This document shows, one piece after another, positions 61,959 to 64,000 of a DNA stretch of 64,000 nt; positions within the stretch are counted from its first letter, which is position 1; every line of letters begins with the position of its first letter. The position numbers and the translations under genes were made by a program. The DNA is taken from NCBI GenBank assembly GCA_951406725.2, contig OX597833.1, positions 42,532,001-42,596,000 of the forward strand, written 5' to 3'. The notes below the pieces were generated by a model that was not told where the DNA came from, did no database searches, and saw only the letters and a program-made list of their open reading frames with translations. The DNA is from Octopus vulgaris. Lineage: Eukaryota.

Positions 61959-62044
61959 TTCACATGAAGAAAACTGTTTTTTTACATGATGTAATTGTTT
62001 CGTTCATGAATAAAAAAAAACACGCCTGAAACAGGTGTAGTGAA
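61959..62044 (+). ncRNA. Degenerate hammerhead motif (inverted partner of 61379-61457)
   Basis: UUCAC-AUGAAGA-..-GAAA-CAGGUG-UA^GUGAA; first core C replaced by A. Confidence 0.5.
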
Positions 62045-62512
62045 CCTCAGCCCATCTGTGTTATTATTTATACTTCACCACACTCGGAACCTTCCCTGCG
62101 TTGGATCTTGAGCCTAAAGTGGACCGTGGAATACGTGCCGGAGTATACTCCTGTGTGACTTTAGGTAGAGGTTGTGTATTTGGTCAATAATCGTAACTGG
62201 AAGGACAAATCCGTATTTACTTTAGTAAGTACGTGAGCGTCCGTATACACTGTTAGGCACAGTTGCACTTTCCCCAACTCTACCCTGATGTTTTGATTCC
62301 ATCGGATACTAAAAATTATGTTTTTAAATAGGCGTAGGTGTGTGGTAAGAAGCTTACTTCCCAACCACATGGTTCCGGGTTCAGTCCAACTGCGTGGCAC
62401 CTTGGGCAAGTGTCTTCTACTATAGCTTCGGGTCGACCAGAACCTTGTGAGTGAATTTGGTAGAAGGAAACTGAAAGAAGCCCGTCGTATAATATATATA
62501 TGTGTGTATATA

Positions 62513-62554
<42 letters not shown>

Positions 62555-62566
62555 TAGACACATATA

Positions 62567-63408
62567 TAGGGTATAGTGAATAAACTGTCGTCTAAATTAT
62601 ACAAAAATGAAAATAGCACTGAACTCTCATTTTAACAGATATATTTGCTAAAATTACATAAAAATATCTTGAAATATTAAAGTGTAAATTTATTCAATAA
62701 AATCGCCATTGGCTTCAACCAGACGACTTCGGAATCTGCTACAACTCTTCTAGACGGTCTTGTTGTTTAAGTTGGTGAATGCAGCCATAATCCTTGGTCT
62801 CTCGCTCAACTGCGCCCCATACATAATAATCAAGGGGCTTGCAGTCTGGGGAGTTAGGTAGCCAGATGTTAGGGGTGATGTGGTCGTAGAAATTGTCTGA
62901 CTGCCATGACTGGGTTCTCCTGCTTGTGTGGCATGGTGCAGAGTTCTGTTGCCAGACATAGAGGCTTCCAGCAGCCACCTTCTTGACCCAGGGTAAAACT
63001 GCTTCCTCCAAACACTTGATGTAGGCCTCTGAGTTGAGTCTGAGGCTGCGTGGGAAAATAAATGGAGGCATAACGTCGCCATTACTAGTGATCACTCCAA
63101 ACACTATGATGCTGATTGGATGTTTGATTTTTCTCACTTTCGGTACATGTTTTGGGGACACGGTAAGCCAATAGTTGCTCTATATGTTCACCATCTGTTC
63201 GTATTGGAGCTTCCGGCGCGAATGCCAAGCAATACAACATGTCATTTCCAAATTTCTGGCAGAATGAATTGCGTCATGGCGCTGTTTTTCTCACAGATGG
63301 TACCCAATTGACCCTACTATACTGTGTAGTCGACAAAATCAAAAGCAAGCAATGTACATGTGTGAAATTAAAAATATGAAATGGAGATAATTTACTCATC
63401 GCACCCTA
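62567..63408 (-). mobile_element. Tc1/mariner superfamily DD37D (maT-like) transposon fossil
   Basis: VWQQNSAPCH..WLPNSPDCKPLDYYVWG with 37 residues between the second (D->N) and third catalytic positions; TAGGGT termini in TA tracts; a related end fragment at ~40289-40355. Confidence 0.8.
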
Positions 63409-64000
63409 TATATATACATGAAGTTCCGGAAATACTGAACTGCGAACTGGTTTCAAATATTTTGAAAGTCTGATTCTTTTGTACTAGCTTTTTCGAGCAA
63501 CCTTGACCACTGACTCCACCAGGAGCAATGCTATCTCTAAATTGCTTTGTACAAAATACAAGTAGGAAGAAAAAAAACATAAAAAAGGAAAAACAAAAGG
63601 GAAGATAGAAATAAAAAGTTAAAACAGAATTTCTGTGGGACTTTTCTTTTACTAAATATGAGTGTCAAACAAGTATTGTAATAAAGCAAGTGGACGTGTG
63701 GGAAGCTTTTTCACATGATCAAATTTTCTCGTCTTTAATTGGACGTTTAAACGTAGTTTTTCATCCAGTCTTAGTCACACCCTAGATTGATTTCTTTGAG
63801 TGTGTTTCTCCCTACCTCCGACATACTCACCTTACCGTCTGCTCTCCTATCTCCCCTCCTTTCTCTCTCACTCTCTCTCTCTTCTTTTTCGCTCTCTCTC
63901 TTTCTGTGGTAAGAAGTTTGCTTGCCAACCACATGGTTCGATGTTCAATTCCCAATGCGTAGCAACTTGGACATGTGACTTCTACTCTAGCCTGGGGCCT

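Larger units (their letters stand above)
61355..62067. mobile_element. Non-autonomous element with long imperfect inverted termini, each carrying a hammerhead motif (Penelope-like inverted pLTR arrangement)
   Basis: Perfect 16-bp terminal IR ataataacacagatgg / ccatctgtgttattat; inverted similarity continues ~130 bp inward; abuts a (TA)n tract on the left. Confidence 0.6.

Overview
AT-rich, repeat-dense eukaryotic genomic DNA. The SINE/LINE repertoire and abundant (TA)n/(CA)n tracts suggest a coleoid cephalopod, probably Octopus (inference). Two protein-coding genes lie head-to-head. The first is a minus-strand C2H2 zinc-finger gene with one large coding exon (likely CDS 10574->6237, 1445 aa) containing three widely spaced, near-identical finger pairs. 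The second is a six-exon plus-strand BAG1-like co-chaperone (ubiquitin-like + BAG domain, 20108..42715) that the ORF track misses and that I assembled by hand from GT-AG junctions. Most of the remainder is transposon-derived: at least four tRNA-derived SINE families, RTE, Tx1/L1-type and HERO-type LINE relics, mariner, Tc1, DD37D(maT) and MULE fossils, piggyBac/pogo/Mutator-like MITEs and a non-autonomous Helitron. The least expected signal is a set of six type I hammerhead ribozyme motifs of the minimal kind known from Penelope-like elements. One has a 23-bp perfect stem I, two have very long loop II inserts, and two sit in the inverted termini of a ~710-bp element. Among the intragenic copies, those with intact cores are antisense to the host gene and the only sense one has a mutated core. 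Several perfect or near-perfect inverted repeats (template-switch products, potential dsRNA/ADAR substrates) are also present. Repeat boundaries are approximate unless a TSD or TIR is quoted.
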